Assembly (NCBI GenBank): GCA_032251215.1
Contig: JAVVFA010000001.1
Coordinates: 1-61,218 of the forward strand
DNA from: Candidatus Izemoplasmatales bacterium
Lineage (GTDB): Bacteria > Bacillota_I > Bacilli_A > Izemoplasmatales > Hujiaoplasmataceae
Reading direction: 5' to 3'
Length of the DNA stretch: 61,218 bases
Shown: positions 47,353-55,977 of the stretch, in pieces
How positions within the stretch are numbered: the stretch's first letter is position 1
Layout of the letters: each line of letters opens with the position of its first letter
Made by a program: the position numbers and the translations under genes
Notes under the pieces: generated by a model
Told to the model about the DNA's origin: nothing
Database searches by the model: none
What the model saw: the letters and a program-made list of their open reading frames with translations, nothing else

Positions 47353-47475
47353 TAATATTTAATAAGCAAAACTATGCGAAAGTAAGTGCTTCAAAGCTAT
47401 AGGGCCTTCAAAACAGATGGTTGCCAGTTGCCGTTAATAAGAATATTTAAAGTATTTATTATTAATATCAAGTAG

Positions 47476-48397
47476 GTTACCATTTTTTTAGCTTTTACAA
47501 CAACCAGCGTAGTAGCTTACTGGTCAACAGTAGTCTATACGGAAAATGTTGCGGTAGAAGTGACGAATCAACAAGCTAACTTACAGATTCTCGACTTGAA
47601 TGAAGAATTTCATGGTTGGCTAGTGTCTACAGGGTATGACTTTATCTTAGGCAAAGTAACAGAGGCTGAGTTTTTATTATGAAGATTTACTTGATAAGGA
47701 ATTAATTAGGACAATGAATTTAGTTGTTGAAAAAATGAAGTCACTATTGGTGGACAAACAACTTACGCGCACTTAGTTGAAGTTACCATCGGTGATGAGC
47801 AACATTTAAAAGTTTTTGATATCTATAATGATATGGTCACGATTGTTATTAGAGTGTATTTACAAGAACTAATTGACTTAGATGAAGCAAATGAAAATAG
47901 TTTAGATTTATCTAGTGTCAATGTTGAAGATCCACAGGGGGCTTACGAGGCGATTAGAAATCAAGAGATTAGAATAGAACTTGACTTTAGGATTTAACCG
48001 AAGACAAGAGATTAAAACAAAAAAATTTAAAGAAAGAAAAATTTAGTTTTATTCAGGTTATTGATAGAACATTATACGTACCTAATGTTCCAATATATCC
48101 AATTTTACCTCCAGCTCCTGTTAATCCAGTGCCTTATCTAACTACAGTTATTTCAATGCTTATGATTTGTTAAATACTTTAACAAATAATGTTAATAGTA
48201 TTAGGTTGAACTATGAAGCGGAAATGACTTTAACTAGTCTACTTTCTAATGTAACGAATGAGACTGTATCATTTTATGGATATCGTGGATTACATTCTAC
48301 TTCTGATTTAAATACATTTGGTAGATTAGGTGATTTTCCATTAGCAACTAAAAGAACTTTTTCCGTCTCAGTTAGTGAGTTAGTTATTACACAATAA
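47476..48397 (+). pseudogene. Disrupted gene for a SipW-class (TasA/camelysin-like) secreted protein
   Basis: Protein-like reading segments in alternating frames: VTIFLAFTTTSVVAYWSTVVYTENVAVEVTNQ... (to TGA 47680), YYEDLLDKELIRTMNLVVEK, NEVTIGGQTTYAHLVEVTIGDEQH...IELDFRI (to 47997), DLTEDKRL...PAPVNPVPYLTTVIS (to 48173), and ...NAYDLLNTLTNNVNSIRL...SELVITQ* (48397). There is no usable start; TAG 47473 lies just before the signal-peptide-like segment. Confidence 0.65.
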
Positions 48398-48412
48398 CAA
48401 AATAAAAGTATT

Positions 48413-48947
48413 ATGGTTTTTTGTAAATATAACTTTTTTCACGATTATTGTATTGTTGTTTTTTTCGTTGCCTTTTCTTTTTCCTAATGTTAGTGTAAGA
48501 GTTTTTAACGGTCATCAAGAGTTTGCAGTTCCTTATGATAGTGAAGTAGTAGATAGCAGGGTTAAGAGAAGAGTGGTTTGTCTTAATGAAGTTGCTCTTG
48601 ATGGAATAACAGTTAACCAATTGGTAGCTGTTAAAGATAGTGAATGGATAATTTGGATTGAAGAAGTTTTGGCAATCGATTCTCTTAACAATCAAGTTAT
48701 AACCAGTTTCGATGGAGTTATTGCAAAACATATTGATTTTGAGAATGTTGAAGGAGCTTTTATAAGAGAGGCTAACATCATAGGGATTTTTTATTACTGT
48801 GCATCAATGCCAATTTGTTTAGCGATAATGACATTTTGTTTTGCTGGAGCGATTTTTGTTGGATATAATGGCTTTGTAAAGAATAAAAGAGATTTCATAA
48901 AAAAATTTAAGGAAAATTACGCAAATGATGAAGAAATTCAGCTTTAA
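48413..48947 (+). pseudogene. Signal-peptidase-I (SipW-like) paralogue, frameshifted and lacking catalytic boxes
   Basis: ATG 48413 frame (MVFCKYNFFHDYCIVVFFVAFSFS*) stops at 48485-48487. The body continues in another frame from 48453, with a T7 run at 48459-48465. N-TM, peptidase-like core and C-TM architecture. The SMEP box is replaced by PYDSE. Confidence 0.5.
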
Positions 48948-49487
48948 TTTGATTAGAAATATCCTTTTTTATATTCTAATAGTTTTTTTGCCAGTTATTT
49001 GGTATTTAACGTTATAGCTCCGGAAAAGACTGTTGAAGTTTATGGATTTAAAACTTTCGTGATTATTTCTCCAAGTATGGAACCAACAATAAATGTTAAT
49101 GACGCTGTTATGGTTAGAAAGATAGATCAGGATAAATTAAATGTTGGGGATATTATCACTTTTGAAGTTTATTTAAGTGATTTAGGCGCCAGTTCTTTTG
49201 TAGCTCTTTATTTGGGTGCTAAAGAAGAAGTTGATGGAGAACTTATATTTAAAACTCACGCTGAAGGAACATTAGAGTTCGATGAGTGGAAAGATAAGTT
49301 TGATAATCCTGTTAAAATCACTAAAGACTTTATAATTGGCAAAGTCGCTTTTAAGATACCTAAGGCAGGGTATTTGATAAATTTTTTAAGTGATCCGATT
49401 ATATTGTTACTATTGGGATTGAATATTGGAATTATTGTTTATATTGTTTATTATATAAAAACAAGTAAAAAAAATAAGAATGAATAA
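48925..49487 (+). pseudogene. sipW: SipW-type (archaeal/ER-type) signal peptidase I, frameshifted near the 5' end
   Basis: ATG 48925 frame gives MMKKFSFNLIRNILFYILIVFLPVIWYLTL* (TAG 49015-49017). The body lies in another frame from 48999 and includes FVIISPSMEPTINVNDAV, GDIITF, IGKVAFKIPKAGYL and a C-terminal TM helix. Confidence 0.6.
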
Positions 49488-49497
49488 ATTGTAGATA

Positions 49498-49527
49498 AGT
49501 GAGTTTAAAAATAAATCACTTTTTTTT
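49498..49527 (+). terminator. Intrinsic terminator after the SipW-type locus
   Basis: AGTGA(G)TTTA / TAAATCACT stem (one bulge) with an AAAA loop and T7. Confidence 0.65.
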
Positions 49528-49590
49528 ATGGAAATCTTGATTTTTAGGGGTTTATATAATAGAATGTTTACTGATAGGGGTGATTCTCAG

Positions 49591-50073
49591 ATGGAATATG
49601 TTGTTAAGGATTACAATACAAGATATTTTGCGGGGATTGAATTGATTGGTGGTTTAAAAGTTAACACAAATGACTATGATAAGATCCCTGGACTTTGGGA
49701 CGATTTTCGTGAGGTTTATTTGCATGATATTCCTAACAAAGTTGTTCCTAACAGATTTATCGGTTTAGAGATGTATCGTTTTGATTTCATGGAGTCTAAG
49801 ACTTTAGATTATTTTGCTTTGGTGGAAATTAATGAGTTATTTGATTGTGAAGATGATGATTTAGTAACTAAGAAACTCCCTAAGGGCAGATATATTAGTT
49901 TCTCGATTAAACATGATGATTTAATGAACGAAGTTGAAAGAGTTTATAAGTATGTTGAAGATGAAGGACTTAATGTTCATTTAGGTTTTGATGTTAAAGA
50001 GTATTTGGATACTGAAGATTACAAATTTCCAGGAGCAAAGTTATTGCTGACATTCAAACTTGAAGATAAATAA
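49591..50073 (+). CDS. GyrI-like small-molecule-binding domain protein
   Basis: ATG 49591 follows AGGGGTGA; 160 aa. Duplicated beta-alpha-beta-beta pattern typical of the GyrI/Cass2 effector-binding fold (by eye). Confidence 0.55.
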   Translation: MEYVVKDYNTRYFAGIELIGGLKVNTNDYDKIPGLWDDFREVYLHDIPNKVVPNRFIGLEMYRFDFMESKTLDYFALVEINELFDCEDDDLVTKKLPKGRYISFSIKHDDLMNEVERVYKYVEDEGLNVHLGFDVKEYLDTEDYKFPGAKLLLTFKLEDK

Positions 50074-50100
50074 AAATTTACTTTTTAAAAGGAGAAAAGA

Positions 50101-50814
50101 ATGAAACAAGAAAGAAGTTTTTACAGAGATGAAGCAAGAAGTAGACTAGTAGGTAGATATGGAGAAGTTATTCTTTATACCATCATAGTCGCTGTTATTA
50201 CCGGAATTATTACGTCGTTGACTGACACCTTTAGACCGGAGATTCAAAATGGTGTAATCGTTGATCAAGGTATTCCAGCTTTAGTTGTATTGTTCATTTT
50301 TAGCGCTATTAGTTTTTTAGTTAGTGCTGGGATAACTTATAGTACAACAAGTCTTTATATCGATGTAGCTGATGGTGGAGAATTCGAAATTTTTGAAAAG
50401 TTAAAATCAGGATTTGTTGAAGAGTATGGTAGAAATATCGTATTGGTATTTATGGAAGGTTTATTTATTTTCTTATGGTCATTATTGTTAGTGATTCCTG
50501 GGATTATAAAATCTTATGCTTACAATATGTCAATGTATTTAGCTGTTAAGGATAGAACTCTTGGTGGTGTAGATGCTATTACTAAATCAAAAAATATGAT
50601 GAATGGTAATAAGAGCGATTTATTCTTGTTGGATTTATCTTATATCGGTTGGTATTTGTTATCAATATTGACTTTAGGTATTTTGCTGTTGTGGGTCATC
50701 CCTCGTCATCAAACAGCGAGAACATTGTTCTTTAACGAAATATATTATGGTTCTATTGATTACAAACCTGAAGTTGAAGAAGAAAAAGTAGTTGAAGAAG
50801 AAGCGTTATTTTAA
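50101..50814 (+). CDS. DUF975-family integral membrane protein
   Basis: 237 aa. N-terminal FYRDEARSRLVGRYGEVILYTII pattern and multiple TM helices. RBS AAGGAGAA. Confidence 0.65.
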   Translation: MKQERSFYRDEARSRLVGRYGEVILYTIIVAVITGIITSLTDTFRPEIQNGVIVDQGIPALVVLFIFSAISFLVSAGITYSTTSLYIDVADGGEFEIFEKLKSGFVEEYGRNIVLVFMEGLFIFLWSLLLVIPGIIKSYAYNMSMYLAVKDRTLGGVDAITKSKNMMNGNKSDLFLLDLSYIGWYLLSILTLGILLLWVIPRHQTARTLFFNEIYYGSIDYKPEVEEEKVVEEEALF

Positions 50815-50823
50815 GCATTGATT

Positions 50824-50850
50824 AAAAGGTCTTTTTAAGGCCTTTTTTTT
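50824..50850 (+). terminator. Intrinsic terminator
   Basis: AAAAGGTC / GGCCTTTT stem (one G-T pair) followed by T-rich sequence. Confidence 0.65.
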
Positions 50851-50940
50851 GGAAAATTCTTTAAAATATTTTCGCCAAGAGTTATGTTTTATGTTATAAT
50901 GATTAATGATATAAGCGTTTGTAAAAAAGGAGAATAGTAA

Positions 50941-52005
50941 ATGACGGATTTTACAAATTTAAAGGAAATCGAAATGCAAGCGGTTGTAAAGGATAAACCT
51001 GAAAAAGGGTTTTCGATAGTAAGAAAGAAGATTAGTACTGAGTTAAAACTAGGTGAGGTTTTTATTAAAATTAACAGTGTTAGTTTTTGTGGGACGGATT
51101 CACATATTTATAATTATGATAATTGGGCTAAAAATAGACTTAAATTACCTTTAACTGTCGGACATGAATTTACCGGTGAAGTTATTAAAATCGCTGATGA
51201 TGTTGATAGAGTTAAAGTAGGAGATATCGTCAGTGCCGAAACTCATATTATTTGCAATGAGTGTGAGTTTTGTTTAAGAGGTGAAGGACACATCTGTAAA
51301 AATACTAAAATTATTGGTGTGGATGTTGATGGATGTTTTGCTGAGTATATTAAGATTCCGGCACAGAATTGTTTTAAGAGCGATAAGAAAAATAATCCTT
51401 TGCATTTATCAGTTCAAGAGCCTTTAGGAAATGCGGTTCATACAGTTTGTCATTTTGAAGTAAAAGATAAGTCAGTGGTTATTTGTGGCGCTGGTCCGAT
51501 TGGTTTAATGGGTGTTGATGTTGCCCTTGCTTGTAAAGCGAAAACTGTGATAGCGATAGAAGTTAATGAATATAGAAGAAATTTGGCTAAGGAATTGGGA
51601 GCGACTTATGTGATCAATCCTTTAACAGAAAATACTTTAGAAAGAGTTATGGAATACACTAATGATGCTGGAGCGGATGTTGTCTGTGAATTTTCAGGAA
51701 ACAAGACTGCGATTGAAACAGCTTTTAAGTATATTAAAGCTGGTGGCGGTATGGCAATGCTTGGGTTACCAAGTGAAAATGTGTGTTTAAACGTTTCTGA
51801 TGATATTGTTTTTAAAGGTATTCATATCTATGGAGTTGTGGGCAGAAGAATTTATGATACTTGGTATAAGGTTAAAGAATTAATCGATAATAATATGTTG
51901 CATTTAGATAAGATTATTACCCATCAGTTTCCGTTGAGTAAGATTAACGAAGCCGCAGAAGTAATGAATAATAAAAATTGCGGTAAAATAATACTATTTC
52001 CTTAG
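50941..52005 (+). CDS. tdh: L-threonine 3-dehydrogenase
   Basis: 354 aa. Zn-ADH motifs GHEFTGEV and [18 protein letters not shown] loop GAGPIG. Followed by kbl. Confidence 0.85.
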   Translation: MTDFTNLKEIEMQAVVKDKPEKGFSIVRKKISTELKLGEVFIKINSVSFCGTDSHIYNYDNWAKNRLKLPLTVGHEFTGEVIKIADDVDRVKVGDIVSAETHIICNECEFCLRGEGHICKNTKIIGVDVDGCFAEYIKIPAQNCFKSDKKNNPLHLSVQEPLGNAVHTVCHFEVKDKSVVICGAGPIGLMGVDVALACKAKTVIAIEVNEYRRNLAKELGATYVINPLTENTLERVMEYTNDAGADVVCEFSGNKTAIETAFKYIKAGGGMAMLGLPSENVCLNVSDDIVFKGIHIYGVVGRRIYDTWYKVKELIDNNMLHLDKIITHQFPLSKINEAAEVMNNKNCGKIILFP

Positions 52006-52022
52006 AAAGTGAGGTTTTTATT

Positions 52023-53207
52023 ATGAAAGACAGTTTAAAGTATTTACATGAACAAGTTGAACAGTTGAAGAAGGATGGAGTTTATCGGGAGTTACCGATA
52101 AATTATGGTCCTTGTAGTAATGTAATTGATTTGAATCATCATGAGGTAGTTAATTTATCCAGCAATAACTATTTAGGTTTAGCTGGACATAAGCGGGTTA
52201 AAAAAGCGGCGATAAAAGCTGTTAAAAAATATGGCGCTGGTACTGGTAGTGTTAGAACCATTGTTGGTAATATGGATTTATTGGAAGACTTAGAAGTTTT
52301 ATTAGCTGAGTTTAAAAGAGAAGAGGCAGTGACTTGTTTTCAATCTGGTTTAAATTGTAATATCGGGGCAATCCAAGCAATTGTCAATAAGGATGATTTA
52401 ATTGTCAGTGATGAATTGAATCATGCTTCGATTATTGACGGAGTCAGGTTATCAAGAGCTGATAAGGCAGTTTATAAACATTCAGATATGGAAGACTTGG
52501 AAAAGGTCTTGAAGGAAAAAAGAGAAGGCTATAATAATGTTTTAATCATTACTGATGGTGTGTTCTCTATGGACGGGGATTTGGCTAAATTACCAGAAAT
52601 TGTTGCGTTAGCTAAGAAGTATGATTGTCTTACTTATGTTGATGACGCTCATGGCAGCGGTGTCTTGGGTGAGAGCGGAAGAGGAACAGTTGATCACTTT
52701 AAATTGCATGGTGAAGTTGATTTTATTATCGGTACTTTATCAAAAGCAGTTGGTGTAATCGGCGGGTATGTCGCTTCGAAAAAAATTGTAAAAGAATGGC
52801 TTTTACATCGAGCTAGACCGTTATTATTCTCAACTACTTTACCGCCAGCTGCTATTGGTGCGACAATAGAATCTGTTAAAATGTTGATGGAAAGTACTGA
52901 GTATACTGATAAGTTATGGAGTAACGCAAGGTACTTTAAAGATAAATTAAAAGGATTAGGTTTTGATATTGGTCATAGTGAAACACCGATAACACCGGTT
53001 ATGATTGGTAATGAAGCAAAGACAATGGAATTTTCTCGTGAACTATTAAAAAATGGTGTTTTTGTTTCAGGAATTGTTTTTCCAACGGTTCCGGTTGGAA
53101 AAGGCAGATTAAGATGTATGATCAGTGCGATGCATACGATGGATGATTTAGATTTTGCTGTAAAAGTATTTGAAAAAGTAGGAAAAGAATTAAAAATAAT
53201 TAATTAG
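52023..53207 (+). CDS. kbl: 2-amino-3-ketobutyrate CoA ligase (glycine C-acetyltransferase)
   Basis: 394 aa alpha-oxoamine synthase. DDAHGSG and PLP-Lys GTLSKAVG. Confidence 0.85.
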   Translation: MKDSLKYLHEQVEQLKKDGVYRELPINYGPCSNVIDLNHHEVVNLSSNNYLGLAGHKRVKKAAIKAVKKYGAGTGSVRTIVGNMDLLEDLEVLLAEFKREEAVTCFQSGLNCNIGAIQAIVNKDDLIVSDELNHASIIDGVRLSRADKAVYKHSDMEDLEKVLKEKREGYNNVLIITDGVFSMDGDLAKLPEIVALAKKYDCLTYVDDAHGSGVLGESGRGTVDHFKLHGEVDFIIGTLSKAVGVIGGYVASKKIVKEWLLHRARPLLFSTTLPPAAIGATIESVKMLMESTEYTDKLWSNARYFKDKLKGLGFDIGHSETPITPVMIGNEAKTMEFSRELLKNGVFVSGIVFPTVPVGKGRLRCMISAMHTMDDLDFAVKVFEKVGKELKIIN

Positions 53208-53254
53208 AAAAGATAAAAATAAGTGAGAATATCACTTGTTTTCCTTAATGGGTG

Positions 53255-53926
53255 ATGAATATGAATTCTTTAAAAGTGAAGAAATCCTTTATCTTTGACA
53301 TTATTGTTTATGTAATGTTTATTTTGTTGTCGATTTTTACCTACCTTCAAGTAGGAGAAGGAATTCATTTGATGCTAATACTTAATATGACATTAGCTTT
53401 TGTTCCTTTAGGGGTAATATATCTAGCTGAAGTGATAAAAACAAGAAGAGCTTGGGTAATGGTTCTAGGTATCATATGGTTTTTCTTTTATCCTAACAGT
53501 CTCTATTTAATTACAGATCTAATCTATCTTGATAGTAATAACTATATGCAGAGTTTAGGTGTGTATCAAGGATTACTTTACTTACAAAATACAGAAGCTT
53601 ATTTAGCGCTTTTCCATTTAGTTGTAGCTGTTATTATCGGCATAATGATAGCAATTAGGAGCTTTAAATATTTTTACTTAATTATATTAGAACAATTTCC
53701 TAAGTATAAATATCTATTCTTGATATTTGTTCCTATCTTTGCGAGCACAGGAATTTATATTGGAAGATTCTTAAGGTACAATAGTTGGGATGTTTTAAAT
53801 TTTTATCAGCTTTTAATTAATTTTTTTGGAAGTTTAAGTTGGTTTTCTTTAATCTTTATTTTGATTTTTACTTTAATACAGTATTTAATCTATAGTTATA
53901 TTCCTATAAATAAAGAGGTTAGCTAG
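53255..53926 (+). CDS. DUF1361-family membrane protein
   Basis: About 223 aa; start ambiguous (GTG 53252, ATG 53255 or ATG 53261). YPNSLYLITDLIYL motif; polytopic. Confidence 0.6.
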   Translation: MNMNSLKVKKSFIFDIIVYVMFILLSIFTYLQVGEGIHLMLILNMTLAFVPLGVIYLAEVIKTRRAWVMVLGIIWFFFYPNSLYLITDLIYLDSNNYMQSLGVYQGLLYLQNTEAYLALFHLVVAVIIGIMIAIRSFKYFYLIILEQFPKYKYLFLIFVPIFASTGIYIGRFLRYNSWDVLNFYQLLINFFGSLSWFSLIFILIFTLIQYLIYSYIPINKEVS

Positions 53927-53945
53927 AAAATTAGCTAACCTTTTT
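53917..53945. terminator. Bidirectional terminator built from the 3' ends of two convergent genes
   Basis: 9-bp stem GGTTAGCTA / TAGCTAACC with a 6-nt loop and T5 downstream. Both stop codons (TAG 53924-53926, TTA 53931-53933) lie inside the hairpin. Confidence 0.7.
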
Positions 53946-55118
53946 CTTATAGAATTTAGCCAGTCCACCAACACTAGTCTCGCGATATGAATCCAATAAA
54001 TCTTTTCCGGTTTCTTTCATTGCTTCAACGACTGTATCAAAAGATACTAAACGCGTATCGATTAATAAAGTTGCTAGTTCGCCGGCATTCATCGCTCTTA
54101 CTGAGGCAACTGCGTTACGTTCTATACAAGGTATTTGTACATATCCTAAGATTGGATCACAGGTTAGACCTAAGTGGTGTTCAAGGGCGATTTCAGCAGC
54201 GTATTCGATGACTTCTAAAGAACCGTTTTCAAGTTCGCTGTAAGCAGCCGCTGCCATAGCGCAAGCAGTGCCAACTTCGGCTTGACAACCGGCTTCAGCG
54301 CCACTGATAGAGGCGTTGTTTTTAACAATATTGCCGATGATGCCGGCAGTAGCTAAACCGTCAATAATTCTTTTGTCAGAATACTTTCTAATGTCCTTAA
54401 GAAAATATAAGATGCTTGGCAAGACGCCACTTGCACCACATGTTGGTGCAGTTACAATTACACCACCGCTGGCATTGACTTCACTAGTAGCGTAAGCATA
54501 AGAACTTAAAAGTCTTAGCTCGATTGAGACTTTATTTTTTTGATTGTATAAAAGTGATCTAGCTTTCCTTTTAACTTCTAAGATTCCTGGTAAATATCCT
54601 TCTTGATGTAAACCGGTGTTAATGGTGTTTTTCATAACATTCCAGATACTCCTTAAGAAGTCTTTAAATTCTTTGTCTTCGTGAAGATAAACATACTCAT
54701 GTAGTTTAAGATTATTTTCGAGACAATAGTCTTTTATTTCTTGAAAATTATTGTGAGGATAGACATGATTCTTTGGCAATTCTTCATCACCTTTTCGTAA
54801 GATTGAACCACCGCCGATACTGTAATAACGCTCTTTACCAATAATTTGTTTATCTTTATAAATTGTAATATCCATAGTATTTGGATGTTCTAGTTTTAAT
54901 TCTTTGGAAAAATAGACTTCAGCATTTTTTAAAGTTTCTCTAATAATCGTATCAGTTAAGTGACCAAGTCCGGTAAAACTCAAGGAACCATAAAGTGTGA
55001 CTTCGAAAAAATCACCGTCATAGTTTTTAAGGATTTCTTGACATATTTTTTCCGGTCCCATTGTGTGAGAACTGGATGGACCTCGACCAACTTTATAGAG
55101 TTCTCTTATCGATTCCAT
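53931..55118 (-). CDS. sdaA: L-serine ammonia-lyase (iron-sulfur dependent, single chain)
   Basis: 395 aa. N-terminal YKVGRGPSSSHTMGP motif and C-terminal alpha domain. Confidence 0.8.
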   Translation of the reverse strand: MESIRELYKVGRGPSSSHTMGPEKICQEILKNYDGDFFEVTLYGSLSFTGLGHLTDTIIRETLKNAEVYFSKELKLEHPNTMDITIYKDKQIIGKERYYSIGGGSILRKGDEELPKNHVYPHNNFQEIKDYCLENNLKLHEYVYLHEDKEFKDFLRSIWNVMKNTINTGLHQEGYLPGILEVKRKARSLLYNQKNKVSIELRLLSSYAYATSEVNASGGVIVTAPTCGASGVLPSILYFLKDIRKYSDKRIIDGLATAGIIGNIVKNNASISGAEAGCQAEVGTACAMAAAAYSELENGSLEVIEYAAEIALEHHLGLTCDPILGYVQIPCIERNAVASVRAMNAGELATLLIDTRLVSFDTVVEAMKETGKDLLDSYRETSVGGLAKFYKKKVS

Positions 55119-55122
55119 AATT

Positions 55123-55977
55123 TTAGCGGTGCAGAAGCAGAATCATTTCTCTTAATGCTTTAGCTGCAACAACAGTAGAAACATTAGAATTATCTAACAT
55201 CGGAGAAAGTTCAACTAAATCAGCGCCGACGACATTATTTAACTTTTCAAATTTTTTCATTGCGTCTAACAGTTCGTTGAACGTTACCCCGCCTGGCTCA
55301 GGAGTTCCAGTGCCAGGAAAAATTGATGGATCTAAAACGTCTAAATCTATTGTGATGTAGACTGGTTTATCTTTAATTTTATTAATGGTTGATTCTAAGG
55401 TATTAAAATTAAATTTTTGCATATAGGTATGACCGTTTTTAGCAAATTCAAATTCGTGCTTATCGCCGCTTCTAATTCCAAATTGGAAAATGCGGTTATC
55501 GCCTAATATGTCATAACATCTTCTGATAACAGTAGCGTGCGATAATCTTCTGCCTAAAAATTCATCTCTTAAATCCGTATGAGCATCCAAGTGAATGATA
55601 TGCAAGTCTTCATATTTTTCCATCAAGGCTTTAACCACTGGAAAAGTTACAAGATGTTCACCACCGATCATCATCGGTTTTTTATTGTCAGAAACAATTT
55701 TTTTTGCAGTTTCATAAATGATATCTAAAGATTCTTCAACTAAACCCATCGGTAATTCTAAATCACCGATATCAACAGTTGAATAATCTTTAAGGTCCAT
55801 ATCTTTATATGGTGAATACCATTCAATCCCAATCGATTCTACTCTGACAGCATTACCGGCAAAGCGTGTACCTGGGCGATATGATGTTGTGTTATCCAGT
55901 GGTGCTGAAAATAAAATCACAGGACTTTCTCCGTATTCAGCTCTACAGCTTTGAAATGATAAATCTACTTTTTTCAT
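55123..55977 (-). CDS. speB: Agmatinase (ureohydrolase family)
   Basis: 284 aa. GGEH, HLDAHTD and DLDVLDP Mn-ligand motifs. Overlaps the upstream decarboxylase gene stop. Confidence 0.85.
   Translation of the reverse strand: MKKVDLSFQSCRAEYGESPVILFSAPLDNTTSYRPGTRFAGNAVRVESIGIEWYSPYKDMDLKDYSTVDIGDLELPMGLVEESLDIIYETAKKIVSDNKKPMMIGGEHLVTFPVVKALMEKYEDLHIIHLDAHTDLRDEFLGRRLSHATVIRRCYDILGDNRIFQFGIRSGDKHEFEFAKNGHTYMQKFNFNTLESTINKIKDKPVYITIDLDVLDPSIFPGTGTPEPGGVTFNELLDAMKKFEKLNNVVGADLVELSPMLDNSNVSTVVAAKALREMILLLHR

Noticed and set aside
47374-48397. Stop-codon recoding (selenocysteine, pyrrolysine, or an alternative genetic code) as the explanation for in-frame TAA/TAG/TGA in this region.
   Set aside because: All three stop codons terminate well-supported genes elsewhere in the window. 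The region also needs several frame changes, not just readthrough, and no SECIS-like or PYLIS-like context was evident.
48167-48731. ORF-track entries 48167-48397 (+, 76 aa) and 48411-48731 (-, 106 aa) as independent small genes.
   Set aside because: The first is the C-terminal reading segment of the disrupted secreted-protein gene and begins at a non-RBS TTG. The second is an antisense shadow of the SipW-like paralogue with a low-complexity N/K/Y-rich translation.
46049-49527. tRNA-Gly-adjacent genomic island or prophage remnant containing the SipW-type locus.
   Set aside because: There is no integrase, recombinase, transposase or direct repeat of the tRNA 3' end. An ordinary aldose-epimerase gene with its own terminator context lies between the tRNA and the decayed locus.
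50911-50924. ATAAGCGTTTGTAA downstream of the tdh -10, resembling the malE operator core AAGCGTTTGCA.
   Set aside because: It fails the cre consensus at the key TG/CA end positions in either orientation. A single occurrence next to an amino-acid catabolic operon is more likely chance similarity.
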